Shown here: in pieces, positions 45,628 to 55,558 of the stretch
How the letters are laid out: each line of letters begins with the position of its first letter
Position numbering within the stretch: the stretch's first letter is position 1
Assembly: GCA_023389035.1 (NCBI GenBank)
Contig: JAEWFC010000004.1
Location: 39,894-103,893 of the forward strand
DNA from: Acidobacteriota bacterium
Lineage (GTDB): Bacteria; Acidobacteriota; Blastocatellia; Pyrinomonadales; Pyrinomonadaceae
Length of the DNA: 64,000 nt
Direction of reading: 5' to 3'
Notes under the pieces: model-generated
The model's database searches: none
Told to the model about the DNA's origin: nothing
The model's input: the letters and a program-made list of their open reading frames with translations, nothing else
Made by a program: the position numbers and the translations under genes

Positions 45628-48342
45628 ATGAACCCCGAAATCTGGTCTGAAGTTAAACGATTGCTCGACGACGCTCTCTCGCTGGAGCCGTCCGAACGAA
45701 GGGCTTTCCTTGACAACCGCGATACCGGCCCCGAAGTGCGGGCCGAGGTCGAATCTCTTCTCGCTTTTGAGTCCGAAGCCACCGGGCTGATGGACATACC
45801 TGCGTTCGAATTCTCAAAAGGTTTCTTCGACGGTGACGCACGTTCGCTCGATGGGCAGATGATCGGGGCATATCGTGTTACGGAAGAGATCCAGCACGGC
45901 GGAATGGGTGCCGTTTACAAAGCGGAAAGGGCGGACGATAAATTCGAGCAAACGGTTGCTCTTAAGCTGCTCAAACGCGAGCTGAACACCGCCTCGCTTC
46001 GCCGTAGATTTCAGCATGAGCGGGAGATACTTGCGAGCCTTGAGCATCCGAATATCGCTCGGCTGCTAGACGCGGGCACGACCGATGACGGAATACCGTT
46101 CATCGCGATGGAATACGTTGACGGCCTGCCGATCACGCAGTTTTGCGACCAGAACGGCCTGGCTCTGAACGAGCGGCTTGATCTGTTTCGCACGGTCTGT
46201 ACTGCGGTCGAGTTTGCTCACCGCAATCTGGTGATACATCGCGATCTTAAACCGTCGAACATCCTTGTCACTGCCGACGGCACGCCGAAGCTGCTGGACT
46301 TCGGCATCGCAAAGATCATCTCGGCGGAGCAGGAATCCGCGGACACAGCGACAGTCACGCGAATGGGCGTGATGACGCCGTCGTACGCTTCGCCGGAGCA
46401 ATTGCAGCGCAGCAGCGTGACGACGCAGTCGGATGTTTACAGTCTCGGTGTAATACTTTACGAACTGCTGAGCGGGCACCGGCCGTTCGAATCGAAAGAG
46501 TCGGACATTCGAGACATTTATCAAGCCGTGATCGAGAGCGAACCGCAGCCGCCTTCGGTCGTTGTCACGACGAGCAGAGAGGAAAGAGAGCAGGCTGCTG
46601 CGGACGGCGAGCCGTCATCGCGAACTCAAGCAAATGATCCACGCCCGACGGTCGAGACCACGACAAAGCTCTCGCCTCAGGCTCTTCGCGGCGACCTCGA
46701 CAACATTGTTCTCAAAGCTCTCAGAAAAGAACCCGAGCGGCGATATTCGTCGGTCGAGCAGCTGTCCGACGATGTACGGCGGCATCAGGAAGGGTTGACC
46801 GTAACCGCCCGGCCAAATACGTTTTCGTATCGGGCAGGAAAATTTATCTCTCGAAACCGGCTCGGAGTTTTCGGCACGGCGGTAATTGCGTTGGCGCTGC
46901 TCTCGGGGCTTGGGGCGACGCTGTGGCAGGCACGCGTCGCACAGGCCGAACGGGCGAAAGCCGAAAAGCGGTTTGGCGACGTTCGCAAACTGGCGAATTC
47001 ATATCTATTCGATGTGTATCCCGAGATCGAGAATCTCGAGGGTTCGCTTAAGGCACGCGAAAAGATCCTTGTGAGTGCGTTGGAATACCTCGACAGTTTG
47101 TCTGGCGAGGCCGAGGGCGATCTGGAGCTGCAGAGTGAATTGGCGACCGCATATGAAAAGGTCGGCGACGTTCAGGGAGCGTTGACGAATTCGAGCCTCG
47201 GGAATATTCAGGCGGGTCTCGACAGTTATGCAAAAGCGGCGAAACTGCGCGAGGCGGTTTACCTTGCGCGGCCGAACGATCTCGAAGCAAAGGACAAGCT
47301 GGCCGGCAATTATTACACGACGGCACGGACCCTGTGGAACAACAGCCAGACGAAGGAAGCGTCGGAGGCCTTTGAAAAGAGCCTCAAATTGCGGCGAGAG
47401 CTGGTCGCAGCCGATCCTACGTCGACCCAGTTTCAGAACAGGCTCGCCGTCCTGCTGATCGATTACGGAGCGATACCGGTATTTAATTCGCAGCCCGACA
47501 AGGCTTTGGTGTTGTTTGACGAAGCGCTGGGAATTGTGGAGAGGCTTCGCGGAAAGGAGCCGGAGAATTCCGACGTCAAGAAAACGCAGACTCGTCTGCT
47601 GCGGCTGCTGATAAAGACGAAAGGCTCGGTCGGTGATTATGAGGGCGCGGTCGCCGCCTACGCCAAGGCGATGGAGATCAACGATCAGCTCGCGAAAGAA
47701 TTCCCGCAGGACTTCCGCGTGCAGCGAAGCGTGTGGCTGACGAACACTATAATGTGTGAGGCATACATCGATAAGCAGGATGCACAAAAGGTCGTGAATT
47801 CATGCGTGCCGACCATCGAGTTCCCGAAAGCCGCACTCGAAAAAGAACCCGAGAACGGCGTCGTCGCCTATGATCTTGCGATATCACATTTCAATACGGC
47901 AAGAGCGTACCGCATCGCGGGTGACTTAAAGAACACGATCGCTCAGGCAGAGCTGGCTCGGTCAGTGATGGGAAAACTTAGCAGCAAGACGCCCGAGAAT
48001 ATGGAGTACAAGCGGAACCTGGCCGTATATGACACCGAGCGTGCCCGCGCCCAAATAACGCTCGGCCGTCATGCCGAGGCCGGGACAGTGCTGCAAACCG
48101 TTATCGAAACGATGATCCCAATAGCTGAGGCCGACCGCGAGACGACAACGTATCAGTACGATCTGGCGATCGCCTACCGGCTCACCGCTCAGACCTTGAG
48201 TGCGCGCGGCGACAAGACAAAGGCTAACGAATATATCGATAAGGCAATAGCGATCATTCAGAAGCTAAAAGACATTAATTCGCTACGGGATGCGGATAAG
48301 GATCTGCTGGCGGAACTCCAGACTGAAAAGGCGGGCTACTGA
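45628..48342 (+). CDS. Serine/threonine protein kinase with one TM segment and a long TPR-like C-terminal domain
   Basis: GGMGAVYKA, VALK, HRDLKPSNILV, DFGIAK and SPEQ motifs. TM segment LGVFGTAVIALALLSGLGATLW, then helical repeats. Start ATG 45628 preferred. Confidence 0.85.
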   Translation: MNPEIWSEVKRLLDDALSLEPSERRAFLDNRDTGPEVRAEVESLLAFESEATGLMDIPAFEFSKGFFDGDARSLDGQMIGAYRVTEEIQHGGMGAVYKAERADDKFEQTVALKLLKRELNTASLRRRFQHEREILASLEHPNIARLLDAGTTDDGIPFIAMEYVDGLPITQFCDQNGLALNERLDLFRTVCTAVEFAHRNLVIHRDLKPSNILVTADGTPKLLDFGIAKIISAEQESADTATVTRMGVMTPSYASPEQLQRSSVTTQSDVYSLGVILYELLSGHRPFESKESDIRDIYQAVIESEPQPPSVVVTTSREEREQAAADGEPSSRTQANDPRPTVETTTKLSPQALRGDLDNIVLKALRKEPERRYSSVEQLSDDVRRHQEGLTVTARPNTFSYRAGKFISRNRLGVFGTAVIALALLSGLGATLWQARVAQAERAKAEKRFGDVRKLANSYLFDVYPEIENLEGSLKAREKILVSALEYLDSLSGEAEGDLELQSELATAYEKVGDVQGALTNSSLGNIQAGLDSYAKAAKLREAVYLARPNDLEAKDKLAGNYYTTARTLWNNSQTKEASEAFEKSLKLRRELVAADPTSTQFQNRLAVLLIDYGAIPVFNSQPDKALVLFDEALGIVERLRGKEPENSDVKKTQTRLLRLLIKTKGSVGDYEGAVAAYAKAMEINDQLAKEFPQDFRVQRSVWLTNTIMCEAYIDKQDAQKVVNSCVPTIEFPKAALEKEPENGVVAYDLAISHFNTARAYRIAGDLKNTIAQAELARSVMGKLSSKTPENMEYKRNLAVYDTERARAQITLGRHAEAGTVLQTVIETMIPIAEADRETTTYQYDLAIAYRLTAQTLSARGDKTKANEYIDKAIAIIQKLKDINSLRDADKDLLAELQTEKAGY

Positions 48343-48938
48343 TCTTCGTTCCGGTGGGCCCGACGGTTCGCTTCATCCTCTTTCATCAGCGATGCGACCT
48401 GAAAGATGTAGTGGACGCCGGAGATGACGGCGAGCAGGACGACAAAGAAATATACCGTCGGCAGATAAAAAGAATATCCCGTGACGGCGGCAGCGAGTAT
48501 CAGCGTCACCGCGATGACCTGAACGAACGTGCTCGCCTTTCCAAGCCATGAGGGCTTGAACCCGCGAAAGCCGGTGATGATGTTGATCGCCGCGGCGACC
48601 GTTATGATCAGCACGTCGCGTCCGATGACAGCGGCGGTTACCCAGAAAGGTATCGGCAGATGTCGGACCGGTTCGAGGACGTGAGGCAGCGAGAGAACTA
48701 TAAAGGCGGTCGTCATCAGCAGCTTGTCGGCGATGGGATCGATGATCGTACCTAGTTCAGATTCCTGTTTGAAACGGCGGGCGAGAAACCCGTCAACCCC
48801 ATCCGAAATTCCGGCGATCAAAAACACGACCAGTGCCCACATGCTGTTGCCGTAAAACAACAAGCTGGCAAAGACCGGTATCAAGCCCATCCGGAGAAAC
48901 GTCAAAAGATTGGGGATCGTGATGATGTTTGCAGACAT
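48336..48938 (-). CDS. pgsA: CDP-diacylglycerol--glycerol-3-phosphate 3-phosphatidyltransferase (CDP-alcohol phosphatidyltransferase family)
   Basis: DGVDGFLARRFKQESELGTIIDPIADKL contains the D-G-x2-A-R-x8-G-x3-D-x3-D motif; 200 aa, polytopic. Confidence 0.8.
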   Translation of the reverse strand: MSANIITIPNLLTFLRMGLIPVFASLLFYGNSMWALVVFLIAGISDGVDGFLARRFKQESELGTIIDPIADKLLMTTAFIVLSLPHVLEPVRHLPIPFWVTAAVIGRDVLIITVAAAINIITGFRGFKPSWLGKASTFVQVIAVTLILAAAVTGYSFYLPTVYFFVVLLAVISGVHYIFQVASLMKEDEANRRAHRNEDQ

Positions 48939-48951
48939 CAGGGAAAAGGCC

Positions 48952-49821
48952 TCAGGCGGCGTCCTCGCAATATAGCTCGAGCAGTGAGATCTCGGGCGGG
49001 CATTGGTAGCGGATGGGAAGCACGACGGTGCCGATACCGCGGGTGATATAGATCTGCGAGCCGCGGCGTTTGTGCAACCCGGCCGTCCGTCGTCGGCGGA
49101 TCATGCGGCGGCTGGAATCGCGAACCCTGACCTGGCCGCCGTGCGTGTGGCCGCTGAGCGTCAGGTCGACCTCGTTGCGGACCGAGTGCCGAAAGATGAT
49201 CGGATTATGGGCTAGCAGCAATTTGAACTCGTCCGGATACGAACCCTTAAGTGCGGCCGGAAGATCCGTCTTCCCGACCATGTGATCATCGACGCCGCCG
49301 ACCCAAAACGCGGCACCGCGAGCCTCGAGACGAAAGCCTTCGTTAACCAGCATATTCACGCCGGCGTCACGAAAGGTTTCGGTCACAAGGTCCGCATTGG
49401 TCCAGTGGTCGTGATTGCCGAGGCAAGCGTGCACGCCGAATTCGGCCTGAAGCCTGCCGAGAGAGTTTGCGACCGGCTCGATAAATTCCGTTTCGTGTGA
49501 TACGTAATCACCCGTCAGAACGATCATATCCGGCCGAAGGCGATTCACGATCTTTACCGTTCGGTCGATGTGGTCGATACCGGTGAGCGGGCTGTGATGA
49601 ATATCCGAAAGATGGATGACCTTCAGCCCATCGAGGCGTTTTGGAAGCCGCGGTAGCGCGATCGGAACGCGTTCGAGCGTGAGGCTGTTCGCCTCGTCGA
49701 TGGCATACTTCGCAAGCTTCGAAACGTTGCCGGCAAGCTCACGCAGGGGACGCTCAGCCCCCATCAGCGTATTGATGCGGTCAGCGATCTTTGCCCGTGA
49801 AGCTCGTATCGGTTTAGCCAT
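48952..49821 (-). CDS. Metallophosphoesterase (YkuE-like)
   Basis: HLSDIHH, TGDYV, GNHDHW, LLAHNP and GHTHGGQ motifs. Confidence 0.75.
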   Translation of the reverse strand: MAKPIRASRAKIADRINTLMGAERPLRELAGNVSKLAKYAIDEANSLTLERVPIALPRLPKRLDGLKVIHLSDIHHSPLTGIDHIDRTVKIVNRLRPDMIVLTGDYVSHETEFIEPVANSLGRLQAEFGVHACLGNHDHWTNADLVTETFRDAGVNMLVNEGFRLEARGAAFWVGGVDDHMVGKTDLPAALKGSYPDEFKLLLAHNPIIFRHSVRNEVDLTLSGHTHGGQVRVRDSSRRMIRRRRTAGLHKRRGSQIYITRGIGTVVLPIRYQCPPEISLLELYCEDAA

Positions 49822-49875
49822 TATCGAGAGTTCGAATTATATCCGTTCGCTGTTCGTTCCCAAAAGGGATCCGCG

Positions 49876-51081
49876 TCATGCGGACGACACCTTGAGAAAT
49901 TTACGCTTCCCGACCTGGAGCAAAGTCTCCTCTTTTGACACGTCCAGATCAGCGTTGGGATTGGATGCTTTTTCGCCGTTGATACGTACGCCGCCTTGTT
50001 CGATCAGGCGTTTCGCCTCACCCTTTGAGGCTGCAAGCCCGGTCTCGAGCAATAGCTCGGGAAGCTTGTAAGTGCCTGACGTTATTTGCTTTAAGTCTAT
50101 TTCGTCAGGCACTTCCTTTTGCACGAAACGGCGCACAAACTCTTCCTCCGCAGCGTCGGCATCGGCCGCAGAATGGAAATCCTTAATGATGAGTTTGGCG
50201 AGCGATACCTTAAGATCACGTGGATTTTTTCCGTGCTCAGTTTCGGTTTTCAGCTGTAAGATCTCTGCCGTGCTGAGGTCCGTGAGGAGTTCGTAATACC
50301 GCCACATCAGGTCATCTGAGATCGACATCACCTTGCCGAACATTTCTCCAGCCGGTTCATCGATGCCGATGTAGTTGTTCAGCGATTTCGACATTTTCTG
50401 CACGCCGTCGAGCCCTTCGAGAAGCGGCGTGGTGATGACGATCTGCGGTTCCTGGCAATATTCACGCTGCAGATCGCGGCCGACCATAAGGTTAAATTTC
50501 TGATCGGTGCCTCCGAGTTCGACGTCAGATTCGAGGGCGACGCTGTCGTAGCCCTGCGTCAGCGGATAGAGCAGCTCATGGAGCGAGATAGGCGTCTGTT
50601 CCGTAAGGCGTTTATCAAAATCGTCGCGTTCGAGGATCTGTTTCACCGTTACGCGAGAGCAAAGCCGGACGAAATCGGCGGCTGTGAATTTGTCCATCCA
50701 TTCGCCGTTAAAGCGAAGCTCGGTCTTGTCAGCATCGAGCAGCTTAAACATCTGTCGTTTGTAGGTCTCGGCGTTGGCGTTGACCTCCTCACGTGAGAGC
50801 GGCGGACGCGTGACATTCTTTCCCGACGGATCGCCGATCATTCCGGTAAAGTCACCGATCAAAAAGATGACCGTGTGGCCGAGTTCCTGAAACGCCTTAA
50901 GCTTGCGGATGACGACCGTGTGGCCGAGATGAATATCAGGCGCCGTCGGGTCCAGCCCCAACTTGATCCGCAGCGGCTTGCCAGTCTTTGCCGACCGCTC
51001 AAGCTTGGCCTTTAGGTCCTGCTCACGGATAAGGTCAACCGTGCCTTTTTTGAGCAGCTCTATTTGTTCGTCAATGGTCAT
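49876..51081 (-). CDS. tyrS: Tyrosine--tRNA ligase
   Basis: HIGH-type motif PDIHLGH, KMSKS motif, C-terminal S4-like domain; 401 aa. Confidence 0.9.
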   Translation of the reverse strand: MTIDEQIELLKKGTVDLIREQDLKAKLERSAKTGKPLRIKLGLDPTAPDIHLGHTVVIRKLKAFQELGHTVIFLIGDFTGMIGDPSGKNVTRPPLSREEVNANAETYKRQMFKLLDADKTELRFNGEWMDKFTAADFVRLCSRVTVKQILERDDFDKRLTEQTPISLHELLYPLTQGYDSVALESDVELGGTDQKFNLMVGRDLQREYCQEPQIVITTPLLEGLDGVQKMSKSLNNYIGIDEPAGEMFGKVMSISDDLMWRYYELLTDLSTAEILQLKTETEHGKNPRDLKVSLAKLIIKDFHSAADADAAEEEFVRRFVQKEVPDEIDLKQITSGTYKLPELLLETGLAASKGEAKRLIEQGGVRINGEKASNPNADLDVSKEETLLQVGKRKFLKVSSA

Positions 51082-51147
51082 TGAGAAACGATTGTAAATT
51101 AGTTGATGGGATTACTGCTATCGCATGGAGCGTAAACCACAGGGTCG

Positions 51148-51654
51148 CTAAAGGGATCTATACATTATGTACGCGTCGGTCAGGCCGTTCTGTTTGTGGC
51201 GGAATGCGTCTGGGATAGTGCCGATGATCTCCATTCCTATCGACTGCCAGAGCCGGACGGCGGCGGTGTTTGTGGCAACGACAAAGTTGAACTGCATCGC
51301 TTTGAATCCGAGCCGGCGGGCTTCGTCGAGCGAGAATTCGCCCATTAGCCTGCCAACGCCTTTGCCGTGGATATCGGGCGAGACCATATAAGCGGCGTTG
51401 CACACATGGTCGCCCAAGCCCGGGTGATTTGGTTTTAGCCAGAACGTACCGATAACCGTTTCGGTAGCGTCAGCTGATTCAGACGGTTCAAATACTGCTA
51501 CGTAAACATGCTTCTCGGGCGAGAACCAGTAACCGAGCATCTCCTGCTCCGGCGTTTCCGGATCGAAGACGTACGTATCGCCGCCGGCGATCACCTCTCT
51601 AATGATCTGCCAAACCGCTGGCTTGTCTTGCTCGTTGGCCTTTCGTATTTTCAT
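51148..51654 (-). CDS. GNAT family N-acetyltransferase
   Basis: Start at ATG 51654 (MKIRKANEQDKPAVWQII). Acetyl-CoA binding block HGKGVGRLMGEFSLDEARRLGFKAMQFN. Confidence 0.75.
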   Translation of the reverse strand: MKIRKANEQDKPAVWQIIREVIAGGDTYVFDPETPEQEMLGYWFSPEKHVYVAVFEPSESADATETVIGTFWLKPNHPGLGDHVCNAAYMVSPDIHGKGVGRLMGEFSLDEARRLGFKAMQFNFVVATNTAAVRLWQSIGMEIIGTIPDAFRHKQNGLTDAYIMYRSL

Positions 51655-52120
51655 TTCCCGTATATACGCGAGTGTCACTAAGAAGCGGACGGTGCATTCG
51701 TTCTGAAATCTCGAGCCGGGGCTCATCGACAACGCGTTTGAGGGTAAATTTCCACACCATTCTTTCACGAGCGTCGTCGTGGACGTAAGCGGCGTCGGTC
51801 ACGCACCAGTGGCCGAGATATTGCCAGCGATTAACCCCTAGTTTGTTGAATAGCGGAACGGGGTGGCCCGTTTGAATTGCTTGGTGCAGAGCTCGGTTGG
51901 CGGCGTCCAGCTTTTGATCGCCGCGGCGGCCGGAGCCGGTGTAATGGATCACGTCGGCCGAGGTGCCGTGGAAGTCGGGATAGCACGGATTGATGCGTCC
52001 GAAATCGGTGAGCAGCGAGATCAGCCGGCCGTTACGCTGGTAGATGCCGTTCCGCGTGCGGTGAAATTTGCTGATCTCTGCCCACGAAATTACTTCCCCG
52101 GTTGAGAGTAGATCCAACAT
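51599..52120 (-). CDS. Standalone SRA/YDG-like (PUA-fold) domain protein, putative modified-DNA binding
   Basis: GIYQRNGRLISLL...YPDFHG..ADVIHYTGSGRRGDQKLDAANRALHQAIQTGHPVPLF resembles the SRA-YDG pattern (GI...S..., YTG.GG, DQ.L..N.AL, PV.V). Its 3' end overlaps the GNAT start by about 56 nt. Confidence 0.4.
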   Translation of the reverse strand: MLDLLSTGEVISWAEISKFHRTRNGIYQRNGRLISLLTDFGRINPCYPDFHGTSADVIHYTGSGRRGDQKLDAANRALHQAIQTGHPVPLFNKLGVNRWQYLGHWCVTDAAYVHDDARERMVWKFTLKRVVDEPRLEISERMHRPLLSDTRVYTGNENTKGQRARQASGLADH

Positions 52121-52201
52121 ATCCGCATTTTAGCAGTATTGCACTCAAGAAAAAGGGCGGCCCGCTGACCGCCCTATTCTCATTGCTAATTGAATCCGCG
52201 A

Positions 52202-54193
52202 TTATTGCAGCGGAAGCGCCTGCAAGGGTGCGTCACCGTCCAAGCCGAACTGCATGGCGTGAAACGCACCGTTCGAGCTGTTCAGGCGATACCAGACGCC
52301 GGTCGAGGGCCTGAACACGGTCATATCGGAACGGCCATCACCATCGAAATCGGCCGCGGCCGGAATATCGCCGAGCATACCGAACGCGGTCGCACGGAAG
52401 CCGCCGTCGCTGCTTCGCAGCCAGTACCAAACGCCGTTCGACGGACGCCATACCGCTACGTCTTTACGGCCGTCACCATCCAGATCTGCCGCGACAGGAA
52501 CGTCACCTGTCAGGCCGAACTGCACTGCACCAAACGAGCCATTCGAACTGTTCAGCCTGTACCACACCGACGAGGACGGCCGAAAAACGCTGAGTTCGCC
52601 CTTGCCATCGCCGTCAAAATCTCCGGGAACAGGTATGTCACCCGCCAGGCCGAAAGCGGTCGCGTGGAATGCACCGTTCGAGCTGTGCAGTCGATACCAG
52701 ACGCCGTTCGACGGGCGAAATACCGCTACATCGGCCTTGCCGTCGGCGTCGAAATCGGCCGGAACAGGTATATCACCCGCGAGCCCGAAACCGACCACGT
52801 CGACGGTGTTCGTGGCCGACTTTATCCGCCACCACGATCCCGCCCGGAAGATCGCAGGGTCGGATTTCCCGTCGCCATCGAAATCCGCGGCTGCCGGAAT
52901 ATCTCCCACTTGGCCGAATTGGAAAGCGTTAAAACCGCTCGCGCTCCGGTTCAGATACCACGCACCGTTCGACGGCCTGAAGACGCTGATGTCTGATCTG
53001 CCGTCACCGTCGAAATCATACGGTGCCCTCACGGTGCTTATCGGTGTCATGCAGCTGCTGTTACCGGTCAAGAAACTTCCGATCTCGCCCCGGGAAAAAT
53101 TGCAGAACGTAAGCGGCGTAGTGCCGGTAAGCTGCGTGTTCATCAATGTGTTCGAACAAGCCTGGGGCGCATCCGCATGGTTTCCGCCGAGGTTGTGGCC
53201 GAGTTCGTGTGCCGTCACCAAATATTTGCCCGGCGCCCAGCCGACGTGTCCGCTGAGGCCGTATGCAAACGCGGGATTCGCACATATCACGCCGACGAAC
53301 GCAAAGCCTTGTGATTGGGCGAAAGACTTGCCTGTGAACAGATGGGCCGCGTTTCGCGAGACTCCGCCGTGATTCGTGTTCCAATAGGCCTGAAAGCTTC
53401 GGAGCAGGCCGTCCATATTGCTGCCTGTGAAAGGGTCGGCTGTGGACCATGAATGTTGATAAACCACACGAATGGTCACGTTGATCTCGGACGAGAACGT
53501 GCCCTCCGCCATGTTCAGTATCGAAAGGATCTCGGCATTTGCTGCCGCCGGACCGCCGTTCATCGAGACGAACTGGTTGTCAGCCTCGGTCGCGATGTCC
53601 ATTCGCCGAAGGGCTTGCGTTGCTTCAGGTGAGCCATTAGCTGCCATTTCCCTGCCGGTTTCGATCTTTACAGGCATTTCGGCCTCACACCAGAAATCTT
53701 CGCGGTGCAAGACGTCTTCAGCTCTATAAACTACGGAATCATTCTCGCTGGCAGTCGATGAATAGCGGCTCGCGGGTTCGATATACAGCCGCTCGCTGCC
53801 GATGTCGAAATAGCCTTCGACGCGGCCGCCGTCGATCGTAAGACGCGCGGCGGAGCCAATAACGCCATCGATGCGGCCTCGGAATGTGGTGACCGGCAGT
53901 TCGGGCAGCGTTCTAAGGCCGGCAGGGCCGCGGTCTTCAGCCCGGTAAAATGGAGAACGAAGGTCGTTTGGCTCAACACTTAAGTTAAACTGACGGCCGC
54001 GGGCCGCGAACGAGAGCGTGCGTGAATGGCCAGCCGCAGCCTCAGGCGCTGCGATGCGAACGACGTCAAACGCCGAAAAATGATCGGAATATTTGCGGTC
54101 GCCGCCGGGTTGCTGAGCGCTCAGAGAGCCCGTGTAAACGAGCGTAAGAAGACACACTGCGAGCGTCCGCGCGACAAAGGGGACAACTTTCAT
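52202..54193 (-). CDS. Secreted zinc metalloprotease (metzincin, reprolysin-like) with C-terminal FG-GAP/VCBS repeats
   Basis: Start ATG 54193 (MKVVPFVARTLAVCLLTLVYTGSLSAQ). HELGHNLGGNH zinc site. The C-terminus has six or more DFDGDG(K/R)SD..VFRPS.G.WY modules. Confidence 0.8.
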   Translation of the reverse strand: MKVVPFVARTLAVCLLTLVYTGSLSAQQPGGDRKYSDHFSAFDVVRIAAPEAAAGHSRTLSFAARGRQFNLSVEPNDLRSPFYRAEDRGPAGLRTLPELPVTTFRGRIDGVIGSAARLTIDGGRVEGYFDIGSERLYIEPASRYSSTASENDSVVYRAEDVLHREDFWCEAEMPVKIETGREMAANGSPEATQALRRMDIATEADNQFVSMNGGPAAANAEILSILNMAEGTFSSEINVTIRVVYQHSWSTADPFTGSNMDGLLRSFQAYWNTNHGGVSRNAAHLFTGKSFAQSQGFAFVGVICANPAFAYGLSGHVGWAPGKYLVTAHELGHNLGGNHADAPQACSNTLMNTQLTGTTPLTFCNFSRGEIGSFLTGNSSCMTPISTVRAPYDFDGDGRSDISVFRPSNGAWYLNRSASGFNAFQFGQVGDIPAAADFDGDGKSDPAIFRAGSWWRIKSATNTVDVVGFGLAGDIPVPADFDADGKADVAVFRPSNGVWYRLHSSNGAFHATAFGLAGDIPVPGDFDGDGKGELSVFRPSSSVWYRLNSSNGSFGAVQFGLTGDVPVAADLDGDGRKDVAVWRPSNGVWYWLRSSDGGFRATAFGMLGDIPAAADFDGDGRSDMTVFRPSTGVWYRLNSSNGAFHAMQFGLDGDAPLQALPLQ

Positions 54194-54411
54194 GGTGGGA
54201 AACCTCAATTTCTGGAATGCGTACGTGGGATAAGGTGTGGGAGACTCTATCTCAAGAGGAGAGCCTCTATACCTTTTAAACAAGTTTAATAGATGAGACT
54301 TTCCAGCGAAAGGCGCACCGGAAAAAACTTGTTTTACACGCCACCGGCGTAAAACTAAGCAGGACTTGAAGTTAATCGTAAAAAAAAATTTGGGGTCTGA
54401 TACCGGGTTCG

Positions 54412-54816
54412 TTGCGGCTTCGCGTTGTCAGGTCCTGGCAGGACAGATTTACCGTGTCTGCAGCGGCGTTTGTATTGAATAGTGAAGGAAAGGTACTGCT
54501 GCTGAACCACGTCTTCCGGCCATTCTCCGGCTGGGGTTTGCCCGGCGGTTTTTTGGATCATGGTGAATCAGCGGAAGAAGCGATCAGACGCGAACTTGCG
54601 GAGGAAGCGGGTATTGGACTGGATGACCTGCAGATGTATCGGGTTCGCGTAGTGAACCGGCATGTGGAGATCCTCTTTATAGCAAAGGCCGTCGGCGAAG
54701 CGGTGGTGAGCAGCCGCGAGATCGTGGGGCTCGGCTGGTTTTCGTCAGATGATCTGCCGAAAGATCTAAGCAAAGGCCAGGCCAGGCTGATCAGGTCGGT
54801 TCTTGAGACGGTTTGA
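54412..54816 (+). CDS. NUDIX hydrolase
   Basis: Nudix box GGFLDHGESAEEAIRRELAEEAGI. Start uncertain (TTG 54412 or GTG 54454). Confidence 0.75.
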   Translation: MRLRVVRSWQDRFTVSAAAFVLNSEGKVLLLNHVFRPFSGWGLPGGFLDHGESAEEAIRRELAEEAGIGLDDLQMYRVRVVNRHVEILFIAKAVGEAVVSSREIVGLGWFSSDDLPKDLSKGQARLIRSVLETV

Positions 54817-54883
54817 AAAAGGCTCGGGTGCTGTTTAAGATAGGTGTTTCGTTCATATCGCATTTATCAACAGGAGACAATGA

Positions 54884-55498
54884 ATGGTTGACCTTATACC
54901 CTCGGCGGAATCGGTGATGCAAATATTGCAGGAGACCGGAGCATACCGCCGCGGACATTTTATTTACCCGAACGGAAAGCACGCGTCGCACTATTTCCAG
55001 ATGCCGCTGGCCTTTCGCTATTACGATAATGCCCGTATTCTGTCGGTCGGCCTCAGCCGCCATTTCCGTATGGAGAAGTCGATCGCGAAACGGCTGCCCA
55101 AGGTATCGATCATCAGCCCGAGTCCCGGCGGTATAATGGTCGCATTCGGCGTTCGCGAGGCTCTCAGTGCAGACCAGATCTACTGGGCTGAAATGGAGGA
55201 CGGCAAGCGGCAGTTTCGTCAATACATGTCGGACACGAACGTTCATCCCGCGATCATTGTCGATGACATTCTTCGGTCGGGACGTGCGATCCAGGAGACG
55301 ATCGACCTGTGTAAAGAGATCGGCACCGAAGTGATCGGCATCGGCACCATTGCAAGATTTGAGGATGGGCGGTCGGAATTCGATGGCATACCCGTGAAAT
55401 CGCTTCTGACCTTTGACGTGAATTTCTACGAGACAGAAGAAGAATGGAAAAAGTCACGAAGTGCGTCAGACGTGGCTGAAGAAAAGGTCAGGTTCTAG
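54884..55498 (+). CDS. Phosphoribosyltransferase family protein (orotate phosphoribosyltransferase-like)
   Basis: GAYRRGHFIYPNGKHASHYF start and PRPP-binding loop AIIVDDILRSGRA. Confidence 0.65.
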   Translation: MVDLIPSAESVMQILQETGAYRRGHFIYPNGKHASHYFQMPLAFRYYDNARILSVGLSRHFRMEKSIAKRLPKVSIISPSPGGIMVAFGVREALSADQIYWAEMEDGKRQFRQYMSDTNVHPAIIVDDILRSGRAIQETIDLCKEIGTEVIGIGTIARFEDGRSEFDGIPVKSLLTFDVNFYETEEEWKKSRSASDVAEEKVRF

Positions 55499-55524
55499 CA
55501 AACCTAAAAGTAACTAAAGACAAG

Positions 55525-55558
55525 GCCCGATATCGTCAACGTGCGATATCGGGCTTTT
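55525..55558 (+). terminator. Intrinsic terminator after the phosphoribosyltransferase gene
   Basis: An 11-bp stem GCCCGATATCG/CGATATCGGGC with loop tcaacgtg, followed by TTTT. Confidence 0.7.

Noticed and set aside
47005-47787. 260-aa minus-strand ORF
   Set aside because: It is antisense to the TPR region of the Ser/Thr kinase gene.
52190-53372. 268-aa and 256-aa plus-strand ORFs over the FG-GAP repeat region
   Set aside because: They are antisense to the metalloprotease gene. Their periodicity only mirrors the FG-GAP repeats on the other strand.
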